Shown here: positions 10,883 to 22,848 of the stretch, one piece after another | Position numbering within the stretch: position 1 is the stretch's first letter | Layout of the letters: every line of letters begins with the position of its first letter | NCBI GenBank assembly: GCA_977862235.1 | Contig: OZ374560.1 | Location: forward strand, 558,001 to 622,000 | DNA length: 64,000 nt | Reading direction: 5' to 3' | Source of the DNA: Dudresnaya verticillata | Lineage: Eukaryota | Notes under the pieces: model-generated | Told to the model about the DNA's origin: nothing | Database searches by the model: none | Seen by the model: only the letters and a program-made list of their open reading frames with translations | Made by a program: the position numbers and the translations under genes

Positions 10883-11958
10883 GTGCATCGTGCTTCCAGG
10901 GCACAAGCGGTTTCTGGAGCTTCCGCTGCTGCGATGGCTGTGGCTGTGGTATCATCAGGTGCTGCCTCTGCGACAGTGCCTTCATTGCCCTTAACTGCTG
11001 GGATTGCGCACCCAGCCGCAGCATATCCGTTTCCGGGACTTGGGAATGGAGCAGCTCTGATGGCCACATCCACTGGTGTCGGTGCCAACTCAGGTGGGGC
11101 CGCGTGCCGTTCGCATTGCGCCTATGGGTGTTTTGCCTCCTCCACCGCAGAACGGGGCTGGGCGAACTGCACTAATGGCAGATTTGTCGGGCGCGGCTGC
11201 GGGATTGCTAGGAAGCCTGACAGACGGACCCGGATCTGGAGATGGTAGTGATGTGATGGGCGGAGTGGGGGCAGTGGGCGGGTCTGCGACGGGGACGATC
11301 GGGGAAATGTGGAAGGGGAAGCGACGCGGGATGACGGGAGGTGGAAAATCAAGCCCGAGATACCAAATGCAACACCTTCGGGAGAGCACGGTGACCAGCC
11401 TCAAGCCGTGATTGCCGATCATAGCCGTCACATTACCAATGCACAAACAGATCCCCGCAGTGCCCAGTCATCGCCAATTTCACTTTCGCATGGTACCCCA
11501 GTCTCTTGCGCTCGAACCGGATCTCCGGGCGGCCTCGCGCGATTACCAAACATAACCGGTAGTATGCGAAGCAGGACAAGACCACAGGCCTCCATTTCTG
11601 CTGCTGTGCAAGCAGGCATGGTAGAGAACGAAATTACGCAACGGCAACCGAAGATGCACAAGCCGAACGAAAGTGATGCAGTGCAAGTCGCTGAATCCCA
11701 AAAAGCTGAGCAACTGCGACTTAGAAGAATAATGCGCAACCGGGAAAGTGCGAGGAGGAGCCGACTGTCTTGAGCCGCAAGTCGCGGTTTCAGGAAATTG
11801 AACGAACGTTTGTGCAACTCAATGCAAAGAATGAGGGACTCAACAATATGGTGGGATCAATGCTGCCGGCATGCTTGTCACCAAGCCAAACAGAAGCTCC
11901 AACAGCACAGGGTTCTTCAGAGAAAGTTCAAGAAAGCAATCCCGGAAGCGGAAGTTGA
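10883..11958 (+). pseudogene. bZIP transcription factor pseudogene (about three frameshifts)
   Basis: Basic region RLRRIMRNRESARRSR is followed, after a frameshift near 11766-11771, by RKSRFQEIERTFVQLNAKNEGLNNMV with I/L/L heptads. The Ala/Gly/Pro-rich N-terminal part is split across ORFs 10883, 11076 and 11309. Confidence 0.72.
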
Positions 11959-12576
11959 AATTGCACACATAGATAGGCACCCCATGTTGAGTTTGCGATT
12001 GTGCAGAGACCGACACGGAACTGTCAATCGTGGAGGACAGGCCATCTGGTCGTTTCGTAGTTGCTGCATGTTAAAGAATCAAAATAATGAGACGAGATTG
12101 GCTTGCACCTAGTCACGAAGCCATTCTCTTTCCCCTACGTTTCTCGCGGTAGACGTGCAGACCATGACCAAGGTACCAATCGTGGCAACATATTCGCGTT
12201 GTGTTGGTCCTAGGGATCTTATACTCCCTTGTGAATCAAAAGCCACAGTCCCCGTGCACCAAAGATGCAAAAAATCAACTCTGGCTATTGTAAGAACCGA
12301 GGACATGGCATGTTCTTGTGTTTCAACATGCCGAGTCGACAAGCGAATAGCCCTTTTTAATCAAGCCTTTTTTCTGGTAAATGCCCCCGATTTTAGTGTG
12401 TGCACAAATCCGGGTTTTAATTACGCAGTGGCATTCTGCTAAATATCCTGGTATTCCCCGATAACAGAAATAATAGTGGAGCCACCCGCAACGACCGTGC
12501 TATTTTTCTCGCTGTTTCCTGGCGGGAATACATCGCACTAACACACAAGCGAAACCCTGAGAGGCGCTGACCCCAG

Positions 12577-12622
12577 ACCCCTCAGCAGCGTACCCCCTCA
12601 GCAGCGTACCCCCTCAGCAGCA
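12577..12622 (+). repeat. ~3x 16-bp tandem repeat (acccc(c)tcagcagcgt) inside the Harbinger-like element
   Basis: Directly visible in the sequence. Confidence 0.8.
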
Positions 12623-12769
12623 CCACGGATCCTGTCCACACCACGGGCCCTGTCTCAACATGTCACAGCCCCCTAGCCCTTCCCCCAACCATCCACCCCC
12701 TCCCGCTGTCTCCAACCCCCCTCCATGCAGGCAGGGTGCACCGCTGGCACCCAGGAAGTCTGCTGAGAA

Positions 12770-13072
12770 GACGCATTTTTGTCCTCAACAAGGTTGAAAA
12801 GGCCTGGATCATCAGGCAGCTGATAATTTACGGCGCGCCGCTCCAGAAGATGAAAACTCTGGAGAACACGTGCTAGAAGGTAGCAAACGAGGCGCAAACT
12901 CGGTTCATCCCCGATGCAGCATTGGAACCTGAGCTTCAGAGCTACAGTGCATGCTGGCGCCGCTTCTACATGTGTAACATATAGCGGCGCCATGCACAAT
13001 TCCTCGCGTCCCAAGTGCCGAAGTTCGCAAAAGGCGTCAAAAAGTGTAACGATGAAGATGAGGACCAGGACT
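12770..13072 (+). pseudogene. Remnant of the Harbinger Myb/SANT-like DNA-binding ORF
   Basis: Manual translation with stops: FVLNKVEKAWIIRQL...TC*KVANEAQTRF...SYSACWRRF...DEDEDQD. This resembles the trihelix/Myb-like pattern WxxVA...CxxRF. Confidence 0.45.
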
Positions 13073-13233
13073 TCCCTCTTGCCATCCTCCCCAGAGCTAT
13101 CTTCTGATTCTGCCATATATGTCGAGCACGCGGCCAACAACGCCGCCTGCGCCAGTCGTCGTGTCGAACTGCAAGCCTCGGAGCACGCTTGATCCATAAG
13201 CGCAAGAGCGACAAGATCTTCATTAACATCCAT
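13073..13233 (-). pseudogene. Probable N-terminus of the Harbinger transposase, truncated by the internal deletion
   Basis: MDVNEDLVALALMDQ...AALLAACSTYMAESEDSSGEDGKR converges on the Myb-like remnant inside the TIRs. No catalytic motif remains. Confidence 0.35.
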
Positions 13234-13777
13234 CGCGCTGCTTCACTGTGGTATAACGAAGTCCACGGTGACGTGGGGAAGTCTCGCACTGTAAGTAATG
13301 TCCTCGGAGCCTAACGAATGGCCTCGTAGCCTAACGGAGAAAGTAAAAGGGGTGGCAGCACAGCAGCGTGGTAGAGCGGAGCGACTAACACGAAGGACCA
13401 CGATGCCAACGTATTCGTGTGCGGAAGAGAGAACTCGAGCGATTTAGCACCGGGAATGACTCCGGGTTTGCGGGGCTATCGAAAGCGAGGCTCGACCGTA
13501 TCCGCTGTCACGAAGACGAAGACACCGAACTCGAAAAAACAGGCGTTTACCGAAGACTCCGAGATCCGGGCGCTAGTCCCTTCCCGTAAACCCTCGGAGG
13601 CTGTGCCAGACGACTGGCTAAGTAATACTACGTGAGCAAGAATACACGGTTCGTACTCGAATGATTCGTAACGGCCTCGGTGCCAACGAACGGTCGTCTC
13701 ACGTATGGCGGCGGTAACGAAGTGCGCCAGCGATGCATACGGAGGTGCACGCGCGTCGTGGGCCGCGGTGCCGTTTC

Positions 13778-15520
13778 TGTGGTGCAAGGGGAGGTGAGCC
13801 CTTTTTTGCTGAAAGCTGTGGGGCAAAGGGGACCGAGCTTTCATTTCATCGCCATGGGCGCCGAGAACCCCGTCGACCGACGGACGGTCACCTGGAACCG
13901 CTCATTCGCCGTTGGCGCGAACACGTCAACGACGATTGGTCTACGGACGCGCGGGTGCCACAACCCAGTGCCGCGCACGCCCGACCCACTGTAGGGCGCA
14001 ACGCTGCAGAGCGGATCCGGATGATGCATCGGGATTAACGAGGTGTAAGGGAGTTGAGTGTTAGATTGGCCCGGATCCCGATCGAATCCGGTTCCGACAT
14101 CCAGATCGGACATCGGGATCCGCCGTAAGCGAAACGCGCCTGTAACACGGTGCCAATCGCGATCCGAATCCGGATCGCCTACAGCACCGTGCGAGCGCAC
14201 CTCTGTAAGACACACGCGCCGGCGCACAGCGGCTGCACTGTCCCGGGACGTGTCAGACGCACCTCCACGCGACACGCGTCCCGGGTTCCCGCGCACTACG
14301 TCATGCCGCCGCTGCGCCGCGGCTCCACAGTACTACTTAGGTACCTCGTCCAGGACGTAACAGTAAAGCCCCGGCAAGCCGGTTTTGGGTCTAGACTCCC
14401 TTCCGCGACAGCGCGCACTCTACCGCTGCCCGGAAGCATAAGCGTCTACCTATGCGCTTTTCCACGTTCCTAACCGTTGCTAACGTGTTTCCTTTTGGGT
14501 TTCTTTGCCCCTTTGTCCGCTCGCCCTGGGTGTTTACAGTCCGCCCTAGGCGTGTTCAACCTGCTCTACCAAGTTCGCTATTAGCGGCTACCCACCGGGC
14601 TCCCGAACGGCCCGGAGGTGTTCTCCGTCTTCAGCACGACGTTTACACGACAAAAGCGGGCAGCAACAAATACGTCGACCGACGGAGAAACCGCCACCGG
14701 CGCTTTCCACTGCCGTTGGCGCGCGAACACGTCACCGACGGCTCAATGGGGCGCGCGCGCACACTGCACGCCGCGCGCCACGCGGGCACTGTACGGCGAT
14801 GGGCCGACATGGCGCCCCGGGGCACTGTAATACGGATCCAGATGGGATCCGGATCCAGTATCCAGATTGGCTATCTGGATCACCTGAGCTGTAAGATACG
14901 CGCCTGTAAGGCTGCGGGTGTTCGCATTGCTGGCCCGATCCGGATGGGATTGGTATCGGACAAGTATCGGATTAGATCCAAGGGGCACGCTCTACAGTAC
15001 ACGCGCGCGCACAGCTGCAAGGCACACGCGTCTTCGTGTGTGTGTAAGCACCCACACAGGGGGTTGCACGGCAACCTGTCAGGCTCGCGGCTCATGCGAT
15101 GGGTGGTCTGTCAGACGCGCCTCGGGACGACACGTGTCCCGAGTTCCCGCGCTACGCACACGCGCCACCGCCGCCGCACCGCCGTACTATACTTAGGTAA
15201 GCCGTCCCAGACGTAGCAGTAAACGCCCGGTCAAGCTGGCCTTGGTCCAGACTTCCCCGTTCTGCACGCGCGTACCCTACCGCTACCTATGGCTCAAGCG
15301 TCTACCTCACGTGCTTCCACGTCTATCACCGTCCTTGACGTGTTTCCTTTCTGTTCCCTTTTCCCTTCCTTTCCGCCTCGGGCGTCTACAGTCCGCCCAA
15401 GACGTGTCCTCTGCTCTACCACAAGCCGCCCAAGGCGAGGCTACTCACCGCCACGGGCGCAGCTACCCACCGAGCCCCGAACTGCTCGGCGGTATACCGT
15501 CTACAGACGTTTGCACCACA
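13778..15520 (+). mobile_element. Solo LTR (family C, related to family B), itself interrupted by solo LTR B
   Basis: Ends TGTGGTGCA...TGCACCACA. TSD gtttc (13773-13777) / gttac (15521-15525). Confidence 0.85.
13817..14652 (+). mobile_element. Solo LTR of family B
   Basis: Collinear with the 5' LTR at 55363-56241. TG...CA ends. Perfect TSD aaagc (13812-13816 / 14653-14657). Confidence 0.92.
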
Positions 15521-16589
15521 GTTACACGCAGGAAACAACGGGAAGATCACGAAGGTGTCAGCGATTTCGTATCGGGTGCGCACTGTAATGCGAATGCCAT
15601 CGTGGCGCGCGCGATCACGAAGTCCGCTCGCAATTCGTCCGGAGGTGTCACCGATTTCGTATCGCGTGCGTGTTGTAATGTGAATGCCATCGTGGCACAC
15701 GCAGAGTATGCGCACTGTAATACGTTTGCCATCGTGGCGTGCGCATTCACGGAGTCACTTCGAAATTCGTATTTCTCGATTATTTTTCACGTAGACCACG
15801 GAGTCGTTTTGCGCGTAGCGTCTATACCACACGGCCCCCTCCTCAAGAGCGAACGTCCCGGTCGCGGGTTACGGATTTACGAATTGGCGTGGCCTGCGTG
15901 CAAACGATGCAATACGAAGCCCGGAATTTCGATATGGTCCGACCGCGGCAAACCGAGAGTTGCGAATCGCGATTGACTTGGACTTCGGAGTCCGCGAAGA
16001 CCTCGGGAATCACGGAGACAAAACGGATTCGAAATCGCAACTTCGGTTCTCGAATGGCGTGCGTGCGGCTGCGAACGTTGCAAAACGGTGGTTTCGAAAG
16101 CTCCGGGGCGACACGGCAGCGAATTCGAACTAAACCGTGGCATCTCGAGTTGACTTCGATAATAGTCATCGGTAGGTCGTTTAAATGTGTAACGATCTGG
16201 CCGATGGAGCTCCGGGACTTGCGTTCACGAATGGCGTGTATGCGGGTGCAAGCGATGCAATACGGTGCACGGAATTTCGATACGGTCCGACCGCGACAAA
16301 CCGAGAGTTGCGAATCGCGATTGACTTGGACTTCGGAGTCCGCGAAGACCTCGAGAATCACGGAGACAAGACGGATTGGAAATGGCAGCTTCGGTTCTCG
16401 AATGGCGGCGTCATCGAGACTTCGGAATTTCACTTGCACGGCCCCCTCCTCAAGAGGAAGGCGTCCGCGCCGACTTGATTGGGTGGTTTACGGATATGCG
16501 CTCCTCGGAGAGCTGTGTGTGTGGGGCGATGATCGCGCTGAGCAAATCGCGGGAGCTCCGGGGCTGTCGTGGTCGAGCTGCTTCGGGGG

Positions 16590-17362
16590 TGTAGTATAGC
16601 TGTCAGCACACTATCAGCAGCGGCGGTAATGTATGCTGGCAGCGCCGCACTGTAATGGTGCACACGATGACGCCCGCTGGCGAGTCGTGGTTGGGCAGCG
16701 TGCCCGTCGTTTTTTCGTTGAATTAGTAGCGGTCGACCGCATTGCTGCCGGCAGCGGCCGCGCGCCGTGCCGCACACGGCGCGCCCCTGTGACGCTCTCC
16801 AGCATCGAGCCGTTGAGAGGGCCGCTGCCCGGTACGCCCCTCGCGCGCCCACGGGTAACCGTTACCCGGACGTGTCGACACGTGTATGGGCGCGCGCTCG
16901 CACACCTCCCGCGTTGGTGTTGTGGGGCGCACCTACTGTAGAAGTAGTCGTAGTGCACATAGTGTAGGGTATTTAAGACCGTCGGCCATCGACGGCTCAG
17001 TAACCGGGCAAGCAACAGCTCGCGCTGAAGCTTGCCCGCAGCCTTTTCGGGTTCGATCCCTTTGCCTTACGCCAGCGGGCGGTTTCCCTTTTTCCCCTTG
17101 CCTCGCTAGGCTTTCCCCTTTCCTTTTCCTTTCCGTCGGCTTCGTGCCGCCCTTCGACAGGGACGCTGGGATCCGGCCGCTACCTACCCGCGTACGGTAC
17201 GCCCCGTGCGCGCTCCGGCATCGACGCAGTCGATCCGCACCTGCGGGGCGCACGCGGCCGACACCGCTCTAACAACCCCAGCAGCTACCCATCTACGGGT
17301 CTGTGTGGCGGCTTCGGACCAGCAAGTATCAGACGTCGGATCGACCCGACGTCTATACTACA
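16590..17362 (+). mobile_element. Solo LTR (family D) in the 3' region of element A
   Basis: Inverted ends TGTAGTATAG...CTATACTACA. TSD ggggg (16585-16589 / 17363-17367). Homologous to 47260-48022. Orientation inferred from a TATA-like tatttaag. Confidence 0.92.
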
Positions 17363-18054
17363 GGGGGCGCATCGGGGTGCAGGCGCACGCGTCAGCGAGC
17401 TCCAAGGAAAGCGGTTGTCGGGCGCACGTCCAGGACTCCGTGGTCGCGTCGAAGGTGCATCGTAAAAGGGAGTGAGCTCCGTGGCTCAAGCGAGGGGTTG
17501 AGTCGGCATCTGCACTGCTCCAAGGCAAGCGATCGAGCGACTTCGGCGTGATGCGAGGGTTGCGAAGGCGGAGTGCGTGTTGCGGGTGGCATCGGCCTCG
17601 AAGTATGACATCAGGCGCGTACGACAAGTTACGTATAGTTCCCCGTGTCCGTCCGTCGCGGTGTCAGCTCCTGTAATGCGAGTGCCGCGGTGCAACCGTG
17701 TGCGCGGATGAGCCAGTGTCGAATATCACGAAGCTCGTGGGACACAGTGTGGGTCCATCACCGCAGCGGTGGGAGCGCCCATTGCGATGCCGCGGAACGC
17801 TTCCGACTGCGTGAGACACGACTTCGTGTGGGCATCGTGACGAACGAATCGGTGATCGCGCGCGGACACGGTGATGCGGAGAGGGCTTCGTGATGCCGCC
17901 GAGGGCTGCGCTGGCGTGCGTCGCGTGCCATCGAAATTGCACAGCTGCGGTAGCGTCATCTGCGGGGTGACGGTCGTCTGCTCCGAGGCATCCGTGTGTG
18001 TCGGGGCTGTGGTCGTGCGCGATGAAGGCGCGTCGCGGAATACGGAGACGAGTA

Positions 18055-21000
18055 TCACGAAGTTGGGGCACGAGAGGCTCGTAGCGGTATTATGCAAACG
18101 TATGCTCCGGGGTAATCGAAATGAGCACTTGCGCAGTCAGCAGGTGATGCAAGAACGTAGTGGGGCGCCGGGGCCATTCGGGTAATGACCTTCGGGTGCC
18201 GCGCAACTCGAGTGGTCATAGGCGTTATTCGGGCTGCGGGTTGCGGATCACGAAGTCGGGGGCTACGGAACCACTCGGGGTCCCAGTCGGAGAGCCATTC
18301 GTGTCCGAGTAGCACGGGATCACGCGGGTCCGCTTGGCTTCGAAGCCTTGCGAAGTAGCGCGAAACGCGTTCTTCGGGCACGTGCCTACGAGGTTCCCAC
18401 GTAGGAGTTGCGTAGCCGTCCCACTTGATACGAAACACGAATTTCCCGTCTGCGTCTGTCGAGTGATCGAGGATACGATCTACAACGTACTCGGGGCCTT
18501 CGTTGACCTTTACCGCAATGTATTCGGGTCGCGTAACCGACGGTCGCGAATTCGTAGGTGGTGGCGCGTAGATACAGCGGTCCGCGGAGACGCGTTCAGC
18601 GAGGCCCTTGCGATCGATTAAGAGTGTACGCGTATCGTTGAAGAGCACTTTGTAGGGCCCCTCCGCGGGAGATTTCAACTTCGGAAGTTTCATTTTCCCA
18701 TTGCGGGTATCGAGGAACACGTAATCTCCGGGTTTGACACGTCTCTTCGTGCGTCGGATGCGTCTGTCGAAGTCGCGCTTGCATCGGTTTTGCACGCGTT
18801 GTAACGAAGTTCGTGCGGAGGTGATTGCGACATCGAGTCGCTTAATGAAATCGTTTCGATTGTCCTCCGTGGGTTTCGGTCGGTGCTTCCGGGAGCGATG
18901 CTTGACGATGAATTCGGGCGGCTGTCGCGATAAAACCAGATTGAACGGCGTTGTCTTCGTAGACCGATGAACGTGGCAATTGTACGAATACGTTAACGCG
19001 GATACATAGCGGTCCCAATCGTTTTGACGGTCGTTCACGTAGTTACGAAGCATCGCGAGGATAGTCCGGTTATATCGTTCGGTTTGTCCATTCGTTTGCG
19101 GATGATATGCGGAGGTGAACACGTTCGATAACCCGAGTAAGCGATAGACGCCCTGAAAGAACTTCGAAGTAAACTGTTTCCCATTATCCGAGAGCACCGA
19201 GGCGGGCGGTCCATACTTGAATATCCAAACTTCGCAAAATGCAACGGCCACGTGATACGCGGTTATTACTCGTAGTGTGGCCACCTCGGTCAACTTCGTA
19301 AATCGATCCGTAATCACGAGGATGAACTTGCGTCCGGATTTCGTACGTGGCAACGGGTCTAAGATGTCAATCGCGACCGATTCGAGTGGGCGCGTAGCTG
19401 GGAAGAGCTTCAAGCGATGAAGGTTCCTTCGTAAGCGAATCCGATTTCGTGCGCAGTGCTTGGAACTTCGGACCGTAGATGCGATATCGGCAGCCATGTA
19501 AAGCCAGTAATACGTTTCACGAAGTGAGTATAACATGCGATTCTGCCCGGGTGCCCAGCGAGTAACGAATGGTGCGCGAGCGTAAGTAACCGGGGTCGGA
19601 GCGTTGCGGGCAATACGATTTGCGTTAACTTCGGAATTGTGGAATGCGTTCGTCGCAGGAGACCGTCTCCATCTTCGTGAAAGAGACTATCATTTGTTTT
19701 CGATTGTCGTGCTTGAACCGTTTGGCAGAACGAATCAATACGTTGTCCCTCGAGGATCTCGGATACGGTAATCGGCGCGGGTAGGTCTACGGGTTTGACA
19801 TCGGTTAGGTCACGCGGTTCTTCGTTAGGATCGATTCGATAAAGGTCAAACGGATCATCGTCATCGATATCGTCCCATAAATCGCAGTCATCGTAGACCT
19901 CGTTTTGTACTGCGTATTCATCACGTAGTGCTTCGTCGTGTGCGTGGGCGCAGCCTTCGTGGCTTTGCGGATGGTGAGCTGCGTTATTTTTCGGGCCCTC
20001 CGTGGGTCTTTGCGTAGTGCCGGCTCGAATTACCCGTTTTGCGGGCGTGGTCGTCCTCGTGGAGTCGTGGTGAATCGTGGTAACGTTTGATTGACGTTTG
20101 TGAGATCGCGTAGTGATGAGAACCGGGTCTCTTGCGTTTTCGATAGTTTTCGCGACGTCGTTTCGGAAGCGTGCTTCGTGCTTTGCGGCGTTTTGATCCG
20201 AGTCAAAGGTAGGCACTTCTTGGTCGATTGCGGGTTGTTCGCGATGCGGAAGTAGCAATCGCGAGAGGGCATCGGGAATCTGGCGGACGCGACCAGGGCG
20301 ATACACGATTTCGAAGTCGAATTCGGCTAAGCGAAGCCTCCATCGGGTGCGTCGCCCGGACGAATCGGTGAGAGGAAGAAGCCAGCGGAGCGCGTCGTGG
20401 TCCGTACGCACGGTGAACCGGGTCCCTTCGATATACGGACGTAACGAAGTAACCGCCCATACGACTGCGTAGCATTCGCGCTTGGTTGCGGAGTAGTTCT
20501 TCTCGGCGTCTTTTAACTAATAAGACCAGTAGCCTACCGGTTGGAACTCTTCTTTATCTTGCTCCTGTAGCAACGCGCACCCGAGTTGATACGCAGACGC
20601 GTCCGTATCGATGATGTAGCGTTTCCCGAGTTGCAGTAACCGGAGTATCGGCGGTGACACGAGCTTCCGTTTGAGCGTTTCGAATGCGGTAACCTGATCC
20701 TCCGTGGGATTCTAGTAGTCAGGATCCGCGTCCTTTCGTGTCATGTTCGTCAACGGGCGCGCAATTTTCGCGAAGTCTTTCACGAATCTTCGGTATACGT
20801 TACACGCGCCGAGGAACGAACGAACTTGCGTGAGGGTCTTCGGGAACGTCGCGTATCGGAATACCTCGGAGCTCTTCTCGGCCATTCTCAGCTTTCCCGG
20901 GGAAATTACGTGTCCGAGATAGTCGACTCGCTTGCGGAAAAGGAAGCACTTCTTCATTTTGAGCGAAACCCCGGAGTTACGAAGACGCGTGAGGACTTGA

Positions 21001-22848
21001 TCGAGATGCGCGATGTGTTCACGAAGATTTGCGGAGAAAACGATCACATCATCGAGGTAAACGAGACAGCACTGCCAACGCACTCCGGATAGAATGATAT
21101 CGAGTGCACGTTGAAACGTAACGGGCGCGTTTTTCAAACCGAAGGGCATACGAAGATATCGATAAGTTCCGAGAAACGAAGTAAACGTAGTATTGTCGCG
21201 GTCTTCCGGGGCAACCGGAATCTGCCAGTACCCGCTGTTACAATCGAGTGTCGAGAAAATCGAAGCGTCTCCGAGTGAATCGATACAATCTTCCATCCGG
21301 GGAAGCGGGTACGCGATGGATAGTGTCTTCGTATTGAGTCTTCGGTAATCTACGCAAAACCGAATTGTTCCGTCTTTCTTCGGTGCGAGGACTACGGGGG
21401 ACGCCCACTGCGAGGTGGCTGGTTCGATTACTCCGGCTTCGAGCATACTGTCGATTTCGTTACGGACGATTTCACGTATTGCGGGCCCTTGACGGTAGGG
21501 CATCGAACGAATAGGTCGAGTCCCGGGTTGTAGATCTATCCAATGCTCCGTGGCTGCGATCGTTCCGAGGTCTCCGTTCCACATCGATTCGTGCTTACGT
21601 AGCATCTCGAGTACCTCGTTTCGCATAGTTTTATCGGGTATATTCGAAAGGTCTATGCGTTCTTCCCAATCGCAGGAACTCGAATTGGCTTCGGCTGCCG
21701 CCATCGCGGCGCCCTTCGTGAGCGGCTTTTTCCTTCGTGGATACGGATTCTTCGGGTGACTTCGAGTCGTCGTGCTCACGTAGCGTAGAGATGTTGAGCA
21801 CCTTGGCAAACGAATCCGCTACTTCGCGATCGGGTGTCAAAATCGCGAGCGGGTTTCGAGCCGCGCATCCAATGACGGTCCCCTTTGGTAGAGCTCGAAG
21901 CTTATCCGTAAAGTTCGCCATCAACACCGAAAACTCGCGATTCGGACTGACTTCGTTTATCCCGTTCGTTAACCGTACTCCGTTTCGGTGTTGAAACGAA
22001 GGCTTCGGTTCGATATGAATTAGTTGGAGTGCTTCCGAGGTCACGGTGACTAGCTTCTGCGAATAACTCGGTATGGTGACGCGGCGGTTCAAACGAATGG
22101 TACGGGTGTCTCGGTCCCAATCGTGGAGCTCGCGTTGATGTCGCTTCGATAGCGTTTTCTCGAATTTCTGCTTCGGATTTTTCGAATTAGTAGCGGGTGG
22201 AGCCGATCCAGCAATGCGGTTGATAATCGGAATCGTGGTTCCACTCTTCGTGATGAGCCTCCGTGGGCTGAGCTCGATGCTTCGTAAGTGCGCGTCCATC
22301 CACGAAGTTCCAAGGAGAACGTCGACTGCGAGTTTCTCCGCAACCACGAAGGGTACGCGGTATCGAACGTTCCCAAGGCGGACTGTCAGGTAAACGATAC
22401 CATTGAGTCGCAACGGGGTGCGATTAGCAGACGCGAGCCTTGGAGCTGATTCCATCATGGACGCGTGCGCTTCCCAACCGGTGGGTAACGCAGCCCGGGC
22501 TATTAGGTTGTAACCGGAACACGTATCGACTGCAATCGTATGTGGCGTCATTACGGATGCATCGAGGCCAATGGATCCGGTCACGAGGAAGATCTCCGAA
22601 GTCATCAAGCAAACGTATCCCTCGGTGGTAACTTCGGGTTAGATCTTCGAGATCGGTATCTTCTTCGAATTGTTTTCGCACGGAGCGGCTTTCGCGAGGA
22701 CGCGACATCGCTTTCGGTCTCACCGTCTTGCAGCGCGCTTCCTTCGAATCGCAACGGCTCTCGGAATTGGAATATGCGGAGTGTCTCGGGGAACGGATTC
22801 AACCGAAGTACGTGACACAACGGGCGCCTTCGCCTTTACTCGTTTTCC
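18055..22848 (-). pseudogene. pol of element A (protease, RT, RNase H, integrase, chromodomain), broken by frameshifts and stops
   Basis: Protease AVDTCSGYN. RT WASPVVLAPKKDG, RFCVDYRRLN, MPFGLKNAP, LVYLDDV. RNase H TDHDALRWL. Integrase AIDIL...LSDNGKQF...YHPQTNGQTER. Chromodomain YVVDRILDH...IKWDGY..PTWEP. Confidence 0.93.

Larger units (their letters stand above)
13247..15831 (-). repeat. 3' LTR of element A, split by a nested solo LTR at 13778-15520
   Basis: 13247-13777 and 15526-15831 match 25364-26207. Minus-strand PPT gaggagggggccg lies immediately to the right. Confidence 0.92.

Noticed and set aside
11760..11780. Ire1-type unconventional intron (HAC1/XBP1/bZIP60-like) as the cause of the bZIP frameshift
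   Set aside because: Such introns are longer, lie downstream of the bZIP domain and have paired stem-loops. Two other frameshifts point to pseudogenisation.
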